Shown: positions 7,660 to 19,583, numbered from the stretch's first letter. The stretch is DNA of 64,000 bases from Synergistetes bacterium HGW-Synergistetes-1 (GCA_002839185.1 PGXO01000004.1:276806-340805), one strand, 5' to 3'. Made by a program: numbers and translations. Notes: generated by a model from the letters alone, not told the origin.

Positions 7660-9702
7660 ATGTCTGACGAATTTAAGCTCTTTTCACCATGGCCTATGTC
7701 CGGGGATCAGCCTCAGGCAGTGGAGAAGCTTGTCCGGGGATTTGAAAAGCCCGGTGCTGTGCAGACGCTGCTTGGGGTTACGGGCAGCGGTAAGACCTAC
7801 ACGATGGCCAATGTGATCCAGAGGCTGCAGAGGCCTACTCTTGTCATGGCCCACAACAAGACCTTGGCTGCGCAGCTCTACAGTGAGTTCAAGGAATTTT
7901 TTCCCGGCAACTCGGTCAATTATTTTGTCAGCTATTACGACTACTACCAGCCAGAGGCCTACATGCCGGCTCAGGATATTTATATAGAGAAGGACGCCTC
8001 AATAAACGAGAGGATAGAGAAGCTGCGGCTTGCAACGACCAAGGCCCTGCTGGAGCGGCGGGATGTCATTGTTGTTGCAAGCGTCTCGTGCATCTATGGT
8101 CTGGGCAAACGTAAAAACTATGAGGATGCCATTTTCCGTTTTGCTGTCGGCGAGCGATGGGACCGCAGGACATTCATGACGAGGCTTCTGGATAATTATT
8201 ATCAGCGCAATGACTTCGTGCTCCAGCCCGGAAACTTCCGGAGCAGGGGAGAGTCGATGGAGATATACCCCGCATACAGCGATACGGCTGTAAGGGTCAT
8301 TTTTTTTGATGATGAAATAGAGCGCATAGAGGAGATAGACCCTGTGAGCGGAAGGGCTATCCTAACAAAGGACCATACGGGGATATTCCCCGCCCAGCAC
8401 TATGTTACCTCTTCCGATGCAATAAACAATGCGGCAGAGCTGATAGAGAAGGAGCTTGCAGACAGAGTCACAGAGCTTGAGTCGGCAGGGAAGATCGTCG
8501 AGGCGCAGAGGCTGAAGATGAGGACCAAGTATGATCTTGAGATGCTTCTTGAGGTCGGTTACTGCTCAGGGATAGAGAACTATTCGCGCTTTCTTGACGG
8601 ACGTGAGCCCGGAGACGCCCCCGGAACTCTTATGGACTTTTTTCCGGAGGATTCACTGATCTTCATCGACGAATCCCACATGACGCTTCCCCAGGTTCGC
8701 GGGATGTACAACGGGGACAGGGCAAGGAAAGAAGTCCTTGTCGAGCATGGTTTCAGGTTACCTTCATGTCTCGACAACAGGCCGCTCAAGTGGACAGAGT
8801 ATGAGCCGCTTCTCAAGAACGCGCTCTTTATCTCCGCTACGCCGGGGGATTATGAGTTTGCCCATTCAGAGAATGTCGTGGAGCAGCTTATTCGGCCGAC
8901 GGGAGTTACAGACCCGATCGTGGAGGTCCACCTCGCAACGGGGCAGGTGGATGACATTCTTGGCGAAGTCAGGCCGATCATTGAAGCAGGGGAACGAGTC
9001 CTCATCTCAACGCTTACCAAGCGCTCGGCGGAGGACCTTGCTGAGTATATGGCAGAGCTGGGGATAAAGGTGAGATATATCCATTCCGAGCTTGATACAT
9101 TTGAACGGGCCGAGTTGCTTCGCGATCTTCGCCTCGGTGTTTTTGCCGTTCTTGTGGGAGTCAACCTCCTAAGGGAAGGAATAGACCTGCCGGAAGTCTC
9201 CCTTGTGGCTATCCTTGATGCGGACCGCGAGGGGTTTATGAGATCGCAGAGGTCGCTGATACAGATGATAGGAAGGGCTGCAAGGAACCAGGCCGGGAAG
9301 GTAATACTCTACGCTGACAGGATAACGGACAGCATTGATGCTGCAATGAAGGAGACGGAAAGAAGAAGAAACCGTCAGATATCATATAATGAAGAACACG
9401 GTATAATACCTCAGACAATATCGAAGGCGGTAAAGGACCTTCTGCCCGCCGAGCTTCTTGAAGAGGGCGGATATGCAGGCAGGAGAGCGGCTTCACCGCT
9501 TAAGGGCGCAGAAAGTGCTCCTGATATACATGAGCTTGAAAGAAAGATGTGGGCTGCGGTAGAAAAGCTTGATTTCGAGACTGCAGCGGAGATAAGGGAC
9601 AATATACAGAGACTGAAAGGCGATGCGAAAATTGGAACAGAGCATAAAAATTACAGGGGCAAGACAGCACAATTTAAAAAACATAAACGCAGAAATTCCT
9701 AA
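7660..9702 (+). CDS. uvrB: Excinuclease ABC subunit B
   Basis: Walker A GVTGSGKT, helicase motifs, C-terminal UVR domain ([16 protein letters not shown]), then a basic 26-aa tail. Confidence 0.97.
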   Translation: MSDEFKLFSPWPMSGDQPQAVEKLVRGFEKPGAVQTLLGVTGSGKTYTMANVIQRLQRPTLVMAHNKTLAAQLYSEFKEFFPGNSVNYFVSYYDYYQPEAYMPAQDIYIEKDASINERIEKLRLATTKALLERRDVIVVASVSCIYGLGKRKNYEDAIFRFAVGERWDRRTFMTRLLDNYYQRNDFVLQPGNFRSRGESMEIYPAYSDTAVRVIFFDDEIERIEEIDPVSGRAILTKDHTGIFPAQHYVTSSDAINNAAELIEKELADRVTELESAGKIVEAQRLKMRTKYDLEMLLEVGYCSGIENYSRFLDGREPGDAPGTLMDFFPEDSLIFIDESHMTLPQVRGMYNGDRARKEVLVEHGFRLPSCLDNRPLKWTEYEPLLKNALFISATPGDYEFAHSENVVEQLIRPTGVTDPIVEVHLATGQVDDILGEVRPIIEAGERVLISTLTKRSAEDLAEYMAELGIKVRYIHSELDTFERAELLRDLRLGVFAVLVGVNLLREGIDLPEVSLVAILDADREGFMRSQRSLIQMIGRAARNQAGKVILYADRITDSIDAAMKETERRRNRQISYNEEHGIIPQTISKAVKDLLPAELLEEGGYAGRRAASPLKGAESAPDIHELERKMWAAVEKLDFETAAEIRDNIQRLKGDAKIGTEHKNYRGKTAQFKKHKRRNS

Positions 9703-12463
9703 AAACCAGCTCGTAGTGGTGACGGGCCCATCGGGTTCCGGCAAGTCTTCACTGGCTTTCGACACTATCTACGCCGAGGGGCAGAGACGCTATGTGGAAT
9801 CCCTCTCGTCATATGCCAGGCAGTTTTTAGGAATGGCGGACAAACCCGATGTGGACGACATTAGCGGACTGTCTCCGGCCATATCGATAGAGCAGAAGGG
9901 AGCCGGTCACAATCCGCGCTCAACTGTCGGGACCGTTACAGAAATTTATGACTATTTGAGGCTTCTTTTCGGCAGAGCCGGTACTCCGCACTGCCCAAGC
10001 TGCGGCAAGGAAGTGCGCCGTTACAGCGTTGACGAGATAGTGGACAAGATATACAGAGACTATGACGGCAAACCGATAGAGATCCTCTCACCGCTTATAA
10101 AAGGCAAAAAGGGAGAGTATAAGAACCTGCTGCTGAAGCTCCATCAGCAGGGCTACCTCAAAGCCAGGGTGGACGGGACAGTCCTCTGGCTTGAGGAGGA
10201 GATAGAACTCGACAAGAAGAAAAAGCACACTATCGAATGCATCATCGACAGGCTGAGGGTGAAGGAAGATAACCGCCAGCGGCTTTCGGAAGCTATAGAG
10301 ATGGCAATGAAACTATCTGAAGGATTTGTTCTTCTGGTCTCCGAGGGCATGGATGACCTGGAACTCACAGAAAAGTATATCTGTCCGGATTGCGAGATAA
10401 GTCTGCCGGAAATAGAACCGAGACTTTTTTCCTTCAATAACCCATACGGGGCATGTCCCGACTGTTCAGGCCTTGGGGTGCACCTCCATTTTTCCGAGGA
10501 ACTTGCTGTCAATCCTGAATATCCTATCGGAGACGGCGGTTTTATCCCGTGGAAGAGCATGAAGTATATGATACAGAAAGCTGAGCTCATGGCCGCCCGT
10601 CACAAAGGCTGGGACCTCTCCAAACCATTTAAGGACCTTCCGGAAGATGCGAAACAGGCCCTCCTGTATGGCACTGATGAAGTGATCCCGATGATATTCA
10701 GCGACAGGAACGGGGACTGGGAATACAACGGCCATTATCCCGGACTGCTCCCCTGGCTTGAGAAACGTCTTGGCGAGACTGAATCTGATAACTACCGTGA
10801 AGAACTCCTGCGCTACCGTACAGAAGACATCTGTCAGACCTGCAGCGGAGCGAGGCTCAAGCCGGAGGTACTTGCCGTCACCCTTGGCGGATACAACATA
10901 GCTCAACTTACAGAGATGCCTATTGAGGACCTTATTAAGGTCCTTGACACAATGCAGCTTGGCGCAAGAGAGCAGAAGATAGTCGGGCAGGCTTTGACGG
11001 AAGTTCGTAAGAGACTTGCCTTCCTTAACAACGTAGGTGCTGGATATCTCAGCCTTTCAAGGCGTGCTGACACGCTGAGCGGCGGGGAGAGCCAGAGGAT
11101 AAGGCTTGCCACCCAGATCGGATCCCAGCTTACAGGAGTCCTGTATGTACTGGATGAACCGACGATAGGACTTCATCCCAGGGACACGAACAGATTGCTG
11201 GACACGCTCAAGGATATCAGGGATATAGGCAATACAGTTATAGTAGTCGAACATGACAGGGAAACAATGATGGCAGCTGATTACATACTGGAGCTTGGTC
11301 CCGAGGCCGGCGAAAACGGCGGGAACCTTATCGCATGCGGAAGCGCAGCAGATATCATCAGCGGGGATACCCCGACAGCCCTCTATCTCAGAGGTGAGGC
11401 CGACGGGACATACAGGCCTAAACCAAAAAGACGGAAGGCGAAGGGAAAGATAAAGGTAACGGGGTGCTGCGAGAACAACCTGAAAAATATCGATATTGAT
11501 GTCCCGCTTGGAGTCCTTGCTTCACTGAGTGGTGTATCAGGCTCAGGTAAGAGCACATTCCTGTACGAGATACTCTATAAGGGCCTCAAAGGAAAATTCG
11601 ACAGGGAATACCGGGACCGCGCAGGAAAATTTGACAGCATTTCGGGTTACGAGTCACTGAGGAACGTGGTTCTCGTTGACCAGAGCCCCATCGGAAGAAC
11701 CCCGCGCTCGAACCCCGCAACGTACACCGGTGTTTTTACTCCCATAAGGGAGTTCTTCGCGCAGCTTCCCGAATCCAAGCTCAGGGGATACCAGCCGGGC
11801 CGTTTCAGCTTCAACGTAAAGGGCGGGCGCTGTGAGTCGTGCAAAGGGGACGGGGAACTCAAGGTCTCAATGCTCTTTTTGCAGGATGTCTATGTCAAAT
11901 GCGATGTCTGCAAAGGAACGAGGTACAACAGGGAGACGCTCGAGGTAAAGCACAAGGGGCTGTCGATCGCTGATGTGCTTGAACTGACGGTAGACGAGGC
12001 CGTGGAGCATTTCAAGGATATTCCGAGGATAGTCAACAAACTGAAAGTGATCCAGGAGGCGGGGCTTGGGTACATAAAACTTGGACAGCCTGCGCCTACG
12101 CTGAGCGGGGGAGAGGCCCAGAGGGTCAAGCTCGCTACTGAACTGAGCAAAAAGTTCAGGGGCAGCACCCTCTATCTCCTTGACGAACCAACTACAGGGC
12201 TTCATTACAACGATGTCAAAAAGCTGCTCAAGCTTCTGCACAAGCTGGTCGATCACGGTAGCTCCGTGCTCGTCATTGAGCACAATCTCGATGTCCTTGC
12301 CTCGGCTGATTACATAATGGACCTTGGCCCGGAAGGCGGCAGAAGGGGCGGAGACCTTATTGCAAAGGGAACTCCTGAAGAGATCGCCGCATCGGACGGC
12401 CCGACAGGAAAGTACCTTGCAGAATTTTTCAACGATATCAAGGAAGGCAGGAAAGCCGGATGA
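9623..12463 (+). CDS. uvrA: Excinuclease ABC subunit A
   Basis: N-terminal [14 protein letters not shown], two ABC modules ([18 protein letters not shown]; [16 protein letters not shown]) and zinc modules. The start must lie before residue 8, hence an 80-nt overlap with uvrB. Confidence 0.97.
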   Translation: MRKLEQSIKITGARQHNLKNINAEIPKNQLVVVTGPSGSGKSSLAFDTIYAEGQRRYVESLSSYARQFLGMADKPDVDDISGLSPAISIEQKGAGHNPRSTVGTVTEIYDYLRLLFGRAGTPHCPSCGKEVRRYSVDEIVDKIYRDYDGKPIEILSPLIKGKKGEYKNLLLKLHQQGYLKARVDGTVLWLEEEIELDKKKKHTIECIIDRLRVKEDNRQRLSEAIEMAMKLSEGFVLLVSEGMDDLELTEKYICPDCEISLPEIEPRLFSFNNPYGACPDCSGLGVHLHFSEELAVNPEYPIGDGGFIPWKSMKYMIQKAELMAARHKGWDLSKPFKDLPEDAKQALLYGTDEVIPMIFSDRNGDWEYNGHYPGLLPWLEKRLGETESDNYREELLRYRTEDICQTCSGARLKPEVLAVTLGGYNIAQLTEMPIEDLIKVLDTMQLGAREQKIVGQALTEVRKRLAFLNNVGAGYLSLSRRADTLSGGESQRIRLATQIGSQLTGVLYVLDEPTIGLHPRDTNRLLDTLKDIRDIGNTVIVVEHDRETMMAADYILELGPEAGENGGNLIACGSAADIISGDTPTALYLRGEADGTYRPKPKRRKAKGKIKVTGCCENNLKNIDIDVPLGVLASLSGVSGSGKSTFLYEILYKGLKGKFDREYRDRAGKFDSISGYESLRNVVLVDQSPIGRTPRSNPATYTGVFTPIREFFAQLPESKLRGYQPGRFSFNVKGGRCESCKGDGELKVSMLFLQDVYVKCDVCKGTRYNRETLEVKHKGLSIADVLELTVDEAVEHFKDIPRIVNKLKVIQEAGLGYIKLGQPAPTLSGGEAQRVKLATELSKKFRGSTLYLLDEPTTGLHYNDVKKLLKLLHKLVDHGSSVLVIEHNLDVLASADYIMDLGPEGGRRGGDLIAKGTPEEIAASDGPTGKYLAEFFNDIKEGRKAG

Positions 12464-13218
12464 GAGAAGAAAAGACAAGCGTAAGCGAAGACATCTGCTG
12501 GGGCAGGAACCCGGTATTTTCCCTTCTTGAGGAGTCACCTGAGAGGTGCATGAAGGTCCTGACCTCAAAGACAGTCCAGCTCCATATAAAGGCCAGGCTG
12601 CAGGATCTCTGCAAAGCTGCCAACATAGTCCTTCTGACTGTGGATCCTGCAGCTTTAGATAAGATGACGAATAAAGAGAATCACCAGGGAGTAGTTGCCT
12701 ACATGGCGCCGATGAAACTCTGGGACGCAGAGGAAATTATCCAAATGCTGCCCAAAGCGCCGGAACCCGCAATGGTGCTGCTCTGTGACCATCTCCAGGA
12801 TCCGCATAACCTTGGAGCCGTGATCAGGAGCGCCGAAGCTGCAGGAGCATCGGCTGTGATGATCCCCAAGCGAGGCGGAGCTCTTCCGACAGGAACGGTA
12901 GTAAAGACCAGCGCAGGCGCTGCTCTGAGACTGCCCATAGCAAAGACAGGAAACGTATCCCAGACGATAAGGCTGCTTCAGGAAGCTAATTTCTGGGTGG
13001 TAGGCCTTTCGATGGAAGCCGAAGAGACCCTCTTTAAGGAAGACATGCCCCCGAGGGTCGTGATCGTAATAGGTGCCGAAGGCGACGGCCTGGGCCAGGC
13101 AGTAGCAAAGTCCTGCGACGAGTTGAGGCACATCCCCATGGCCGGAAAGACCGGATCACTGAACGCATCGGTGGCGGCTTCTCTGGCGCTTTTCGAATAC
13201 AAAAGATCTCGCAGGTGA
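12460..13218 (+). CDS. rlmB: 23S rRNA (guanosine-2'-O-)-methyltransferase, SpoU/TrmH family (RlmB-like)
   Basis: N-terminal substrate-binding region (WGRNPV). SpoU motifs HNLGAVIRSA, IGAEGDGL, PMAGKTGSLNASVAA. ATGA overlap with uvrA. Confidence 0.85.
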   Translation: MREEKTSVSEDICWGRNPVFSLLEESPERCMKVLTSKTVQLHIKARLQDLCKAANIVLLTVDPAALDKMTNKENHQGVVAYMAPMKLWDAEEIIQMLPKAPEPAMVLLCDHLQDPHNLGAVIRSAEAAGASAVMIPKRGGALPTGTVVKTSAGAALRLPIAKTGNVSQTIRLLQEANFWVVGLSMEAEETLFKEDMPPRVVIVIGAEGDGLGQAVAKSCDELRHIPMAGKTGSLNASVAASLALFEYKRSRR

Positions 13219-13227
13219 ACCATCTGC

Positions 13228-13277
13228 GGAAGTCAATTGGTAGTCAATAGCGAATCGATAGCAAATCAATTGTTTGG
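13228..13277. repeat. Left-arm AATCRRTT array (four units) without a full right arm
   Basis: ggaagtcaatt ggtagtcaat agcgaatcgat agcaaatcaatt gtttgg. Confidence 0.7.
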
Positions 13278-13297
13278 AACTGATAATCTGTCCCCTT

Positions 13298-13447
13298 CCG
13301 CGATCTGCCCCAAATGCGGCAATTGAGATTTAGAGCAAGTGATAACGACGCAATGCGCAGTGGAGCCTTTCGAAGGCGTATATGAATACGTCGAAGGGAG
13401 GCTCCGCAAGTCTTGCTATGTTAGCGCTGCTATAAATCACAATTGCT
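13298..13447. repeat. Family F inverted-repeat module, second locus (solo terminus plus one ~130-nt copy with the interior hairpin inverted relative to 3184-3311)
   Basis: ccgcgatctgccccaaatgc resembles the 3292-3311 terminus. The interior ggagcctttcgaaggcgtat-atga-atacgtcgaagggaggctcc is the reverse complement of the hairpin words at 3232-3262. Confidence 0.5.
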
Positions 13448-13474
13448 TGCTTTTTCTCAGAATAATGCTACAAT
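13447..13474 (+). promoter_or_regulatory. Candidate promoter of the rimP-nusA-infB operon (extended -10)
   Basis: -35 ttgctt, 16-nt spacer ending in tgc, -10 tacaat. Confidence 0.55.
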
Positions 13475-13549
13475 TTATTTACTAATTCAGGGGCAAGTAC
13501 TGGAAGAGTGGGTCGTGCCCACTCTTCTTGCTTTACAGGGGGGTATACG

Positions 13550-14044
13550 GTGGAAAAGATCAAGCTGAGCGACATATACAGCGGACTCAGGGAGCGGATA
13601 GAATCGCTCGGTTACAACTGTGTCGGCTTTGAAAACGTCACCGAGGATGAGATGAAGATACTCCGTGTCTATGTAGACCTTCCCGGAGGAGTGAACCTCT
13701 CCGACTGTGAAGCAGTGGCAAGGGAGGTAAATGTCTATCTTGATGAGATGGAAACCTCTCTTCCCGAAAGATATTATCTGGAGGTCAGTTCACCCGGTCT
13801 GGAACGCCCCCTCTTCACTCCGGAAGATTATAAATCATTTTCCGGCAGGGAAGCACAGATATCGCTGAAAGGCGGCAGAAAGATCGCCGGCATTATAAAC
13901 GGAGTGGACGACGATGGCATGGTACATTTCCTTTTTGCCGATGGTGAGAGTTCGGTTCCGTTTGCTGACATAAAAAAAGGCAAGCTCATTTATAAAGAGG
14001 AAAAGGGCCAGAAGAAGACTTTCAAAAAGATAAAGAAAAAGTGA
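13550..14044 (+). CDS. rimP: Ribosome maturation factor RimP
   Basis: YLEVSSPGLERPL motif; position upstream of nusA. GTG 13550 follows a gggggg SD-like run; the ORF-maximal start is 13508. Lys-rich C-terminal tail. Confidence 0.9.
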   Translation: MEKIKLSDIYSGLRERIESLGYNCVGFENVTEDEMKILRVYVDLPGGVNLSDCEAVAREVNVYLDEMETSLPERYYLEVSSPGLERPLFTPEDYKSFSGREAQISLKGGRKIAGIINGVDDDGMVHFLFADGESSVPFADIKKGKLIYKEEKGQKKTFKKIKKK

Positions 14045-14126
14045 GTTTTGTAAAAACGCCTTTTTCTTCCCTCCTTTTAGCGGTCGGACAACAGTCAAGA
14101 ATAATTTCATGAGAGGAGTTAAATAG

Positions 14127-15242
14127 ATGCAGCTTGGAAAAGATTTCAAGAAAGTACTTAAGCAGATAGAGGAAGAAAAGGGACTTTCGGAGGAGATCAT
14201 CGTTGCGAGTCTGGAAGCTGCTATGGTATCTGCCTATAAGAAGTACAAGGGCGGAAATCAGACGGCAGAAGTCCATATAGATGTCGATTCCGGTGATTTC
14301 ACCCTCTATGAGGTCAGACTTGTCGTTCCTGACGAGACTTCCGATGAATCGGAGATCTCTATTGCTGAAGCAAAGCGCAGGGGAAATGACGATGTTGAGC
14401 CCGGAGATATCATAAGGAAAGAAGTTTTTCCTGAAGATTTTGGTCGGATAGCCGCCCAGACAGCTCGCCAGGTCATCATCCAGAGGCTGAAGGATGCTGA
14501 GCGCCAGGTGATTTACGAGCAGTTCTCGGACAAGATAGGCAATATCATCACGGGAACTATATTCAAGTCTGAAGGTGATCAGATACTGGTCCGCCTTAAC
14601 GAAAAGACAGAGGCTATAATGCCCAAGGAAGAGCGTATAATCGGAGAAAAATATCTTCCGGGTTCAAGGATGAAGTTTTATCTGCTTGATGTAAGGCAGA
14701 CAACTAGAGGTCCCCGCATAATAGTATCAAGGACCCATCCGAAACTCCTTCACAAGCTTCTTGAGCTTGAGGTGCCGGAAATCCAGGACGGAGTAGTTGA
14801 GATCCGCAACATCGTCAGGGAGGCAGGCACACGTGCCAAGATCGCTGTTGCAAGCCTTGATGCGAACGTTGAGCCCCTTGGGGCCTGCGTGGGAAAGCAG
14901 GGAGCGCGCATCAAGTCTATAAGCAACGAGCTGCACGGCGAGAGGATAGATATTATCGTGTGGAGCCAGGATATCCTTACTTATATAAGGAATTCCCTCT
15001 CTCCTGCGAAAGTACTGAAGATCGAGCCTCTGCTTGACCAGGACCGCTCTGTTATTGTCTATGTCCGCTCGGACCAGCTCTCACTTGCGATAGGGAAGGC
15101 CGGACAGAACGTACGGCTTGCTGCGCGTCTGACGGGCTGGAAAATTGACATCAAGGTCAAAGAGGACGAAAAGCTGCCTACGATGAAGGATCTTTTTGAA
15201 GACCTGAGCAGCGTTATCGAAGACGAAGACGACGAAGGATAG
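14127..15242 (+). CDS. nusA: Transcription termination/antitermination factor NusA
   Basis: S1 and KH domain blocks (GRIAAQTARQVI, LGACVGKQGARIKSI, AIGKAGQNVRLAARLTGWKIDI). Confidence 0.97.
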   Translation: MQLGKDFKKVLKQIEEEKGLSEEIIVASLEAAMVSAYKKYKGGNQTAEVHIDVDSGDFTLYEVRLVVPDETSDESEISIAEAKRRGNDDVEPGDIIRKEVFPEDFGRIAAQTARQVIIQRLKDAERQVIYEQFSDKIGNIITGTIFKSEGDQILVRLNEKTEAIMPKEERIIGEKYLPGSRMKFYLLDVRQTTRGPRIIVSRTHPKLLHKLLELEVPEIQDGVVEIRNIVREAGTRAKIAVASLDANVEPLGACVGKQGARIKSISNELHGERIDIIVWSQDILTYIRNSLSPAKVLKIEPLLDQDRSVIVYVRSDQLSLAIGKAGQNVRLAARLTGWKIDIKVKEDEKLPTMKDLFEDLSSVIEDEDDEG

Positions 15243-15248
15243 AACGGC

Positions 15249-15545
15249 ATGATGGGCGAGGAACGTAAGACAGAAAAAAGAAAACGTCCCCGCACATGTG
15301 TCGGATGCGGCGAAGAATCTCCCAAACGCGAACTTCTGAGAGTTATAAGAACTCCTGAAGGCGAGGTCAGATATGATCCGACAGGGAGAGCTAACGGCCG
15401 CGGGGCGTATATATGCAGCTGCCGGGAGTGTGTGGCACTGGCTAAAAAGAAAAAAGCGCTTTCCAGGGCTCTTAAGTCAGATGTCAGCGAGGATGTATAC
15501 GAAAACCTGCTGGCGCTTTGTATAGATGAAATGAGGGAGGCTTGA
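15249..15545 (+). CDS. ylxR: YlxR/RnpM family RNA-binding protein (DUF448)
   Basis: RTCVGCGE...PKRELLRV signature; canonical nusA-ylxR-L7Ae-infB order. Confidence 0.9.
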   Translation: MMGEERKTEKRKRPRTCVGCGEESPKRELLRVIRTPEGEVRYDPTGRANGRGAYICSCRECVALAKKKKALSRALKSDVSEDVYENLLALCIDEMREA

Positions 15546-15546
15546 G

Positions 15547-15897
15547 ATGAATCAGTCAAAAAACGAGGAACTGATGAATATCCTTGGCCTTTCCAGAAGA
15601 GCAGGAATACTTCTTATTGGACAGGATCAGGTGCTTGCCGGCGATAAACACAATGAAAAACTTGTAGTTATTGTAACTTCGGATTGTTCCGCCAACGTCC
15701 TCCGTTCCCTGAAGCCAAGGGTCGAACGTGGAGAAGTCGTCCTGCTGAAATTGGAAGATACGGATAGGACCGCTCTGGGATCACATCTCGGAGTGGGATC
15801 AGCACAGATCGCCGCCCTTCCGCATGGCGGACTGGCTAAAAAGGTTTTGGCAATTTATGACAGGAGTGATGCCAATGAGCAAAATCAGAGTTTATAA
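15547..15897 (+). CDS. ylxQ: L7Ae/L30e family RNA-binding protein (YlxQ-like)
   Basis: LGLSRRAGILLIGQD motif; position between ylxR and infB. Confidence 0.8.
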   Translation: MNQSKNEELMNILGLSRRAGILLIGQDQVLAGDKHNEKLVVIVTSDCSANVLRSLKPRVERGEVVLLKLEDTDRTALGSHLGVGSAQIAALPHGGLAKKVLAIYDRSDANEQNQSL

Positions 15898-17905
15898 TCT
15901 CGCGAAAATGTTTGAGATGAGCAATACGGAGATGGTGGAATTATTGACTGAAATTGGGGTCAATATCAAATCGCACATGAGTTCGATCGATGAGGAAGTT
16001 TCCATTCTTGTCGAGGAGGAACTGAAAAGAAGAAAAGATGCGGAAGAGAAAAAGGCTGTCGAAGCCATAACGACGTACCAGGTAGTAAATGTCAGCGAAG
16101 GCGCGTCAGTTTCGGATGTGGCCGCCAGCATCGGGGAAAAACCGGGCAGTGCGGTCAAGATCCTTATGGCTGAGGGCCTTATGGTCCCTGCAACAGTTGC
16201 GGCTGACGAAAAGATCCTTGAGATCCTCGGAAAAGGCTTCGAGAAGCACTTTGTCTTCGGAAAACCTGAAGAGAAAGAAACTGCATCGGATAAGACTGAG
16301 GCCAAGACCGCCAAAAAAGAAGAGAAGCAGCCCGCACCCAAAAAAGGGACGAAAAAGGGCAAAGAATCTGCAGCGAAGGACCCGTCGGATCTGCCCTTCA
16401 GGCCTCCTATCATTACTGTCATGGGCCACGTTGACCATGGAAAGACGACACTCCTTGACTACATAAGGAAGACAAGAGTGACTGAAAAGGAAGCTGGAGG
16501 TATCACACAGCATATAGGTGCCTCAAGGGTCAATTACGAAGGCAATACGCTGGTATTCCTCGACACCCCTGGACACGAGGCGTTTACCTCCATGCGCGCA
16601 AGGGGCGCTCAGGTGACTGACATAGCGATCCTGGTAGTTGCGGCAGATGACGGCATAATGCCCCAGACCATTGAGGCAATGAACCATGCCAAAGCTGCCG
16701 GAGTTCCTATAGTCGTAGCAGTCAACAAGATAGACAAACCTGCAGCCAAGCCTGAAAGGGTCCGCCAGCAGCTTTCTGATTACGGCCTTGCTCCAGAGGA
16801 GTGGGGCGGTGATACGATCATGGTCGACGTTGGTGCCAAGACCGGCATAAATGTTGATCAGCTGCTTGAGATGGTCATTCTGGTCGCGGAGATGCAGGAA
16901 CTTAAGGCAGACCCGAACGCCGCGCCGGAAGGCACTGTTATAGAGGCGAACCTCGACAAGGGCAAGGGCCCCGTTGCTACTGTCATCGTGCAGAACGGGA
17001 CGCTTCGCCGCGGAAACATTATCCACACAGAAACTGCCTGGGGAAAGATAAGGGCAATGATAGATGATTCAGGCCGGAATGTTGACAGCGCCGGTCCCAG
17101 CATGCCTGTTGAGATCCTTGGGCTGGAAAACGTCCCCCAGCCAGGCGAAAAGTTCTCGGTCATCGGCTCAGAACGTGAAGCACGCGATATCATGTCGCAC
17201 TACGAGTTCGAGCGCAGGGAGATGGACCAGAGCAAGTCAAAGAGGCTTACCCTTGAAGAACTTTATGAGAAGATGCAGACGGAAGAAGTCCCGCAGCTTC
17301 GCATAGTCCTCAAGACTGACGTCCAGGGTTCACTCGAGGCCTTCCACTCATCACTCATGAAGATGAACACGGATGCTGTAACTGTGAACATAGTACACGA
17401 AGGAGTCGGAAGGATATCTGAATCCGATGTCATGCTTGCATCGGCTTCCAACGCCATCATCGTTGGATTCAACGTCAGGCCTGACGGCAATGCAAAGAAG
17501 ATCTCCGAAGCAGAAGGGGTGCAGATAAGACTCTATCAGGTCATTTATGACATGCTGGACGATGTTCATGCAGCCATGGAGGGTATGCTTGCTCCTGAGC
17601 TTCGTGAAAACACTCTTGGAACGGCAGAGATAAGGGAAATGTTCAAGGTACCCAAGATCGGCAACATAGCCGGATGCAGAGTTATGGAAGGTCTTTTAAG
17701 AAGAAACGCTAAAGTACGCCTTATCCGCGACGGAGTGGTTTTCTGGAACGGAGAGCTTTCAAGCCTCAAGCATTTCAAGGATGACGTAAGGGAGATCCGC
17801 TCAGGCAACGAATGCGGTCTCAGCTTTGAAAAGTTCCAGGATTTCCGTGTTGGAGACGTGATCGAGGCTTACGAAATAGTAAAGGAAAAGAAGACTCTGG
17901 ATTAA
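15875..17905 (+). CDS. infB: Translation initiation factor IF-2
   Basis: G domain ([24 protein letters not shown]). ATG 15875 ([11 protein letters not shown]) with caggag upstream is preferred over the ORF-maximal 15824. Confidence 0.97.
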   Translation: MSKIRVYNLAKMFEMSNTEMVELLTEIGVNIKSHMSSIDEEVSILVEEELKRRKDAEEKKAVEAITTYQVVNVSEGASVSDVAASIGEKPGSAVKILMAEGLMVPATVAADEKILEILGKGFEKHFVFGKPEEKETASDKTEAKTAKKEEKQPAPKKGTKKGKESAAKDPSDLPFRPPIITVMGHVDHGKTTLLDYIRKTRVTEKEAGGITQHIGASRVNYEGNTLVFLDTPGHEAFTSMRARGAQVTDIAILVVAADDGIMPQTIEAMNHAKAAGVPIVVAVNKIDKPAAKPERVRQQLSDYGLAPEEWGGDTIMVDVGAKTGINVDQLLEMVILVAEMQELKADPNAAPEGTVIEANLDKGKGPVATVIVQNGTLRRGNIIHTETAWGKIRAMIDDSGRNVDSAGPSMPVEILGLENVPQPGEKFSVIGSEREARDIMSHYEFERREMDQSKSKRLTLEELYEKMQTEEVPQLRIVLKTDVQGSLEAFHSSLMKMNTDAVTVNIVHEGVGRISESDVMLASASNAIIVGFNVRPDGNAKKISEAEGVQIRLYQVIYDMLDDVHAAMEGMLAPELRENTLGTAEIREMFKVPKIGNIAGCRVMEGLLRRNAKVRLIRDGVVFWNGELSSLKHFKDDVREIRSGNECGLSFEKFQDFRVGDVIEAYEIVKEKKTLD

Positions 17906-17915
17906 GGAGCAGAAA

Positions 17916-18227
17916 ATGCCTTTCTGGATAGGAGTCGCCGAGTGTTCTTTGAGGCTGCCTTACGCGGGAAGCCTTAAGGAACGAAGGCATGTCGTCCGAT
18001 CTATACTGGACGGAGTGCGAAACCGTTTCAGCCTCTCTTCATCAGACCTTGGGCCTGCAGACAAATGGCAGGACGCAGAGCTGGGTTTTGCTGCGGCCGG
18101 TTCTTCTCCATCTGAGCTTGAAGAAAGACTCAGGAACCTGGAGAGCTTCCTGGCGAGAAGGGAAGCGGAAGGTGAGTTTGAGATAGTACGTTTCACTTGG
18201 GAGGTTTTTGCCTATGGTGACTTATAG
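17916..18227 (+). CDS. DUF503 (YlxP-like) protein
   Basis: 103-aa ORF in the conserved slot between infB and rbfA. SLKERR ... ELGFAAAG pattern typical of DUF503. Confidence 0.8.
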   Translation: MPFWIGVAECSLRLPYAGSLKERRHVVRSILDGVRNRFSLSSSDLGPADKWQDAELGFAAAGSSPSELEERLRNLESFLARREAEGEFEIVRFTWEVFAYGDL

Positions 18228-18585
18228 GATCGACCGTATAAACAAAGAATTTTTAAGGGCAATTTCTGAGATACTTCAGGTCCGGATAAAGAAAGATAAC
18301 GTAAGGGATGCGATCCTGACCAAGGTAAGCACATCGAAAGACCTGAGCTTTGCCAAGGTCTTTTATACCCTTATAGACATGGACCGCAAGGATGAGATAC
18401 AGAAGGCGCTTGACTCCACGGCAGGACAGATAAGGTCTATGCTTGGGAAAGATATGCATCTGCGTACCATACCGGAACTCCACTTTGTCTACGACGACTC
18501 GGAAGCCAAAGCTAGAGCGATGGAGGAACTGCTTGACAAAGTAGCTGCCATGGATGCAGAAAAAAAGTCTTCAGGAGAAAACTGA
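18214..18585 (+). CDS. rbfA: Ribosome-binding factor A
   Basis: RINKEFLRAISEIL ... TIPELHFVYD blocks. ATG 18214 lies 9 nt after gggagg. Confidence 0.93.
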   Translation: MVTYRIDRINKEFLRAISEILQVRIKKDNVRDAILTKVSTSKDLSFAKVFYTLIDMDRKDEIQKALDSTAGQIRSMLGKDMHLRTIPELHFVYDDSEAKARAMEELLDKVAAMDAEKKSSGEN

Positions 18586-19583
18586 TGCTGGATATGGCAG
18601 TCATGAGAGAGGTCATAAAAAAATTTAGTTCAAGTGATAAATGGGTGATTTTATGTCATGAAAATCCTGACGGGGACACAATGGGATGCGGTCTTGCCCT
18701 CTATTCACTTGGAAAGAGGCTGGGGAAAAAAGTCAGGGTAATGGGAAGAGATCCTATTCCTGGAAGATACAGGTTCCTTCCCTATTACCACGATTTCGAG
18801 TGTTGCAAAGAGATCGTGGAAGAGGACATCAAAAATGCCCTTATGATCTGCGTTGACACCAGCACCGTGGCAAGAAGCATGCCAGGCCTTAAAGAAGTGC
18901 TTCCCGTTGCGGACAGCATAAACATCGATCATCATGGCGACAACCATCTTTACTGCAAGCTTAATCTGGTGGATCCTGATGTCTCCGCATCTGCAGAGTT
19001 GATCACCGAACTGTTTATTGAAGGCGGATGGGGCATTGAAGAGGATGAGGCGATCTGTCTCTATACAGGGCTGTCGACAGACAACGGAAATTTCAGGTTC
19101 GGAACTACCACAGCAAGGAGCCATCTGTGTGCTGCTAGGCTTCTTGAAGCAGGAGTAAAGCCTGCTGTAATAGATGAATATGTAAATGAAAACATGACGC
19201 CCTCAATACTTAAACTCTGGGGCCTGGCCTTCACGAGAACAGAGATGTTTTCTAACGGCAGAGGAGCACTCTTCTGGCTGAAGAAGGAAGATTTCGAAGA
19301 GGCTGGAGCTGATTCAAGCGCAGTCGATGGTCTTGTTAATAAGCTGCTTAAGATCACAGGCGTAAAAGTTGCATTGTTCCTGACTGAAGTAAATGGTGAA
19401 AATAAGGTCAGTATAAGGACTAAAACTCCATACGTAGCCAGGGATATAGCGTCTGTATTCGGCGGCGGAGGCCATCTTCAGGCTGCCGGAGCAAAGGTCG
19501 AGGGTACTTTTCATAATGCATTCGATTCTGTAAAGGCAGAGGCGGAGAAATATATTGATGACAGGACTGCTGCTCTTAAATAA
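18585..19583 (+). CDS. nrnA: DHH/DHHA1 phosphoesterase (NrnA-type oligoribonuclease / pAp phosphatase)
   Basis: Motifs HENPDGD, DHHGDN, GGGGHLQAAG. Confidence 0.88.
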   Translation: MLDMAVMREVIKKFSSSDKWVILCHENPDGDTMGCGLALYSLGKRLGKKVRVMGRDPIPGRYRFLPYYHDFECCKEIVEEDIKNALMICVDTSTVARSMPGLKEVLPVADSINIDHHGDNHLYCKLNLVDPDVSASAELITELFIEGGWGIEEDEAICLYTGLSTDNGNFRFGTTTARSHLCAARLLEAGVKPAVIDEYVNENMTPSILKLWGLAFTRTEMFSNGRGALFWLKKEDFEEAGADSSAVDGLVNKLLKITGVKVALFLTEVNGENKVSIRTKTPYVARDIASVFGGGGHLQAAGAKVEGTFHNAFDSVKAEAEKYIDDRTAALK

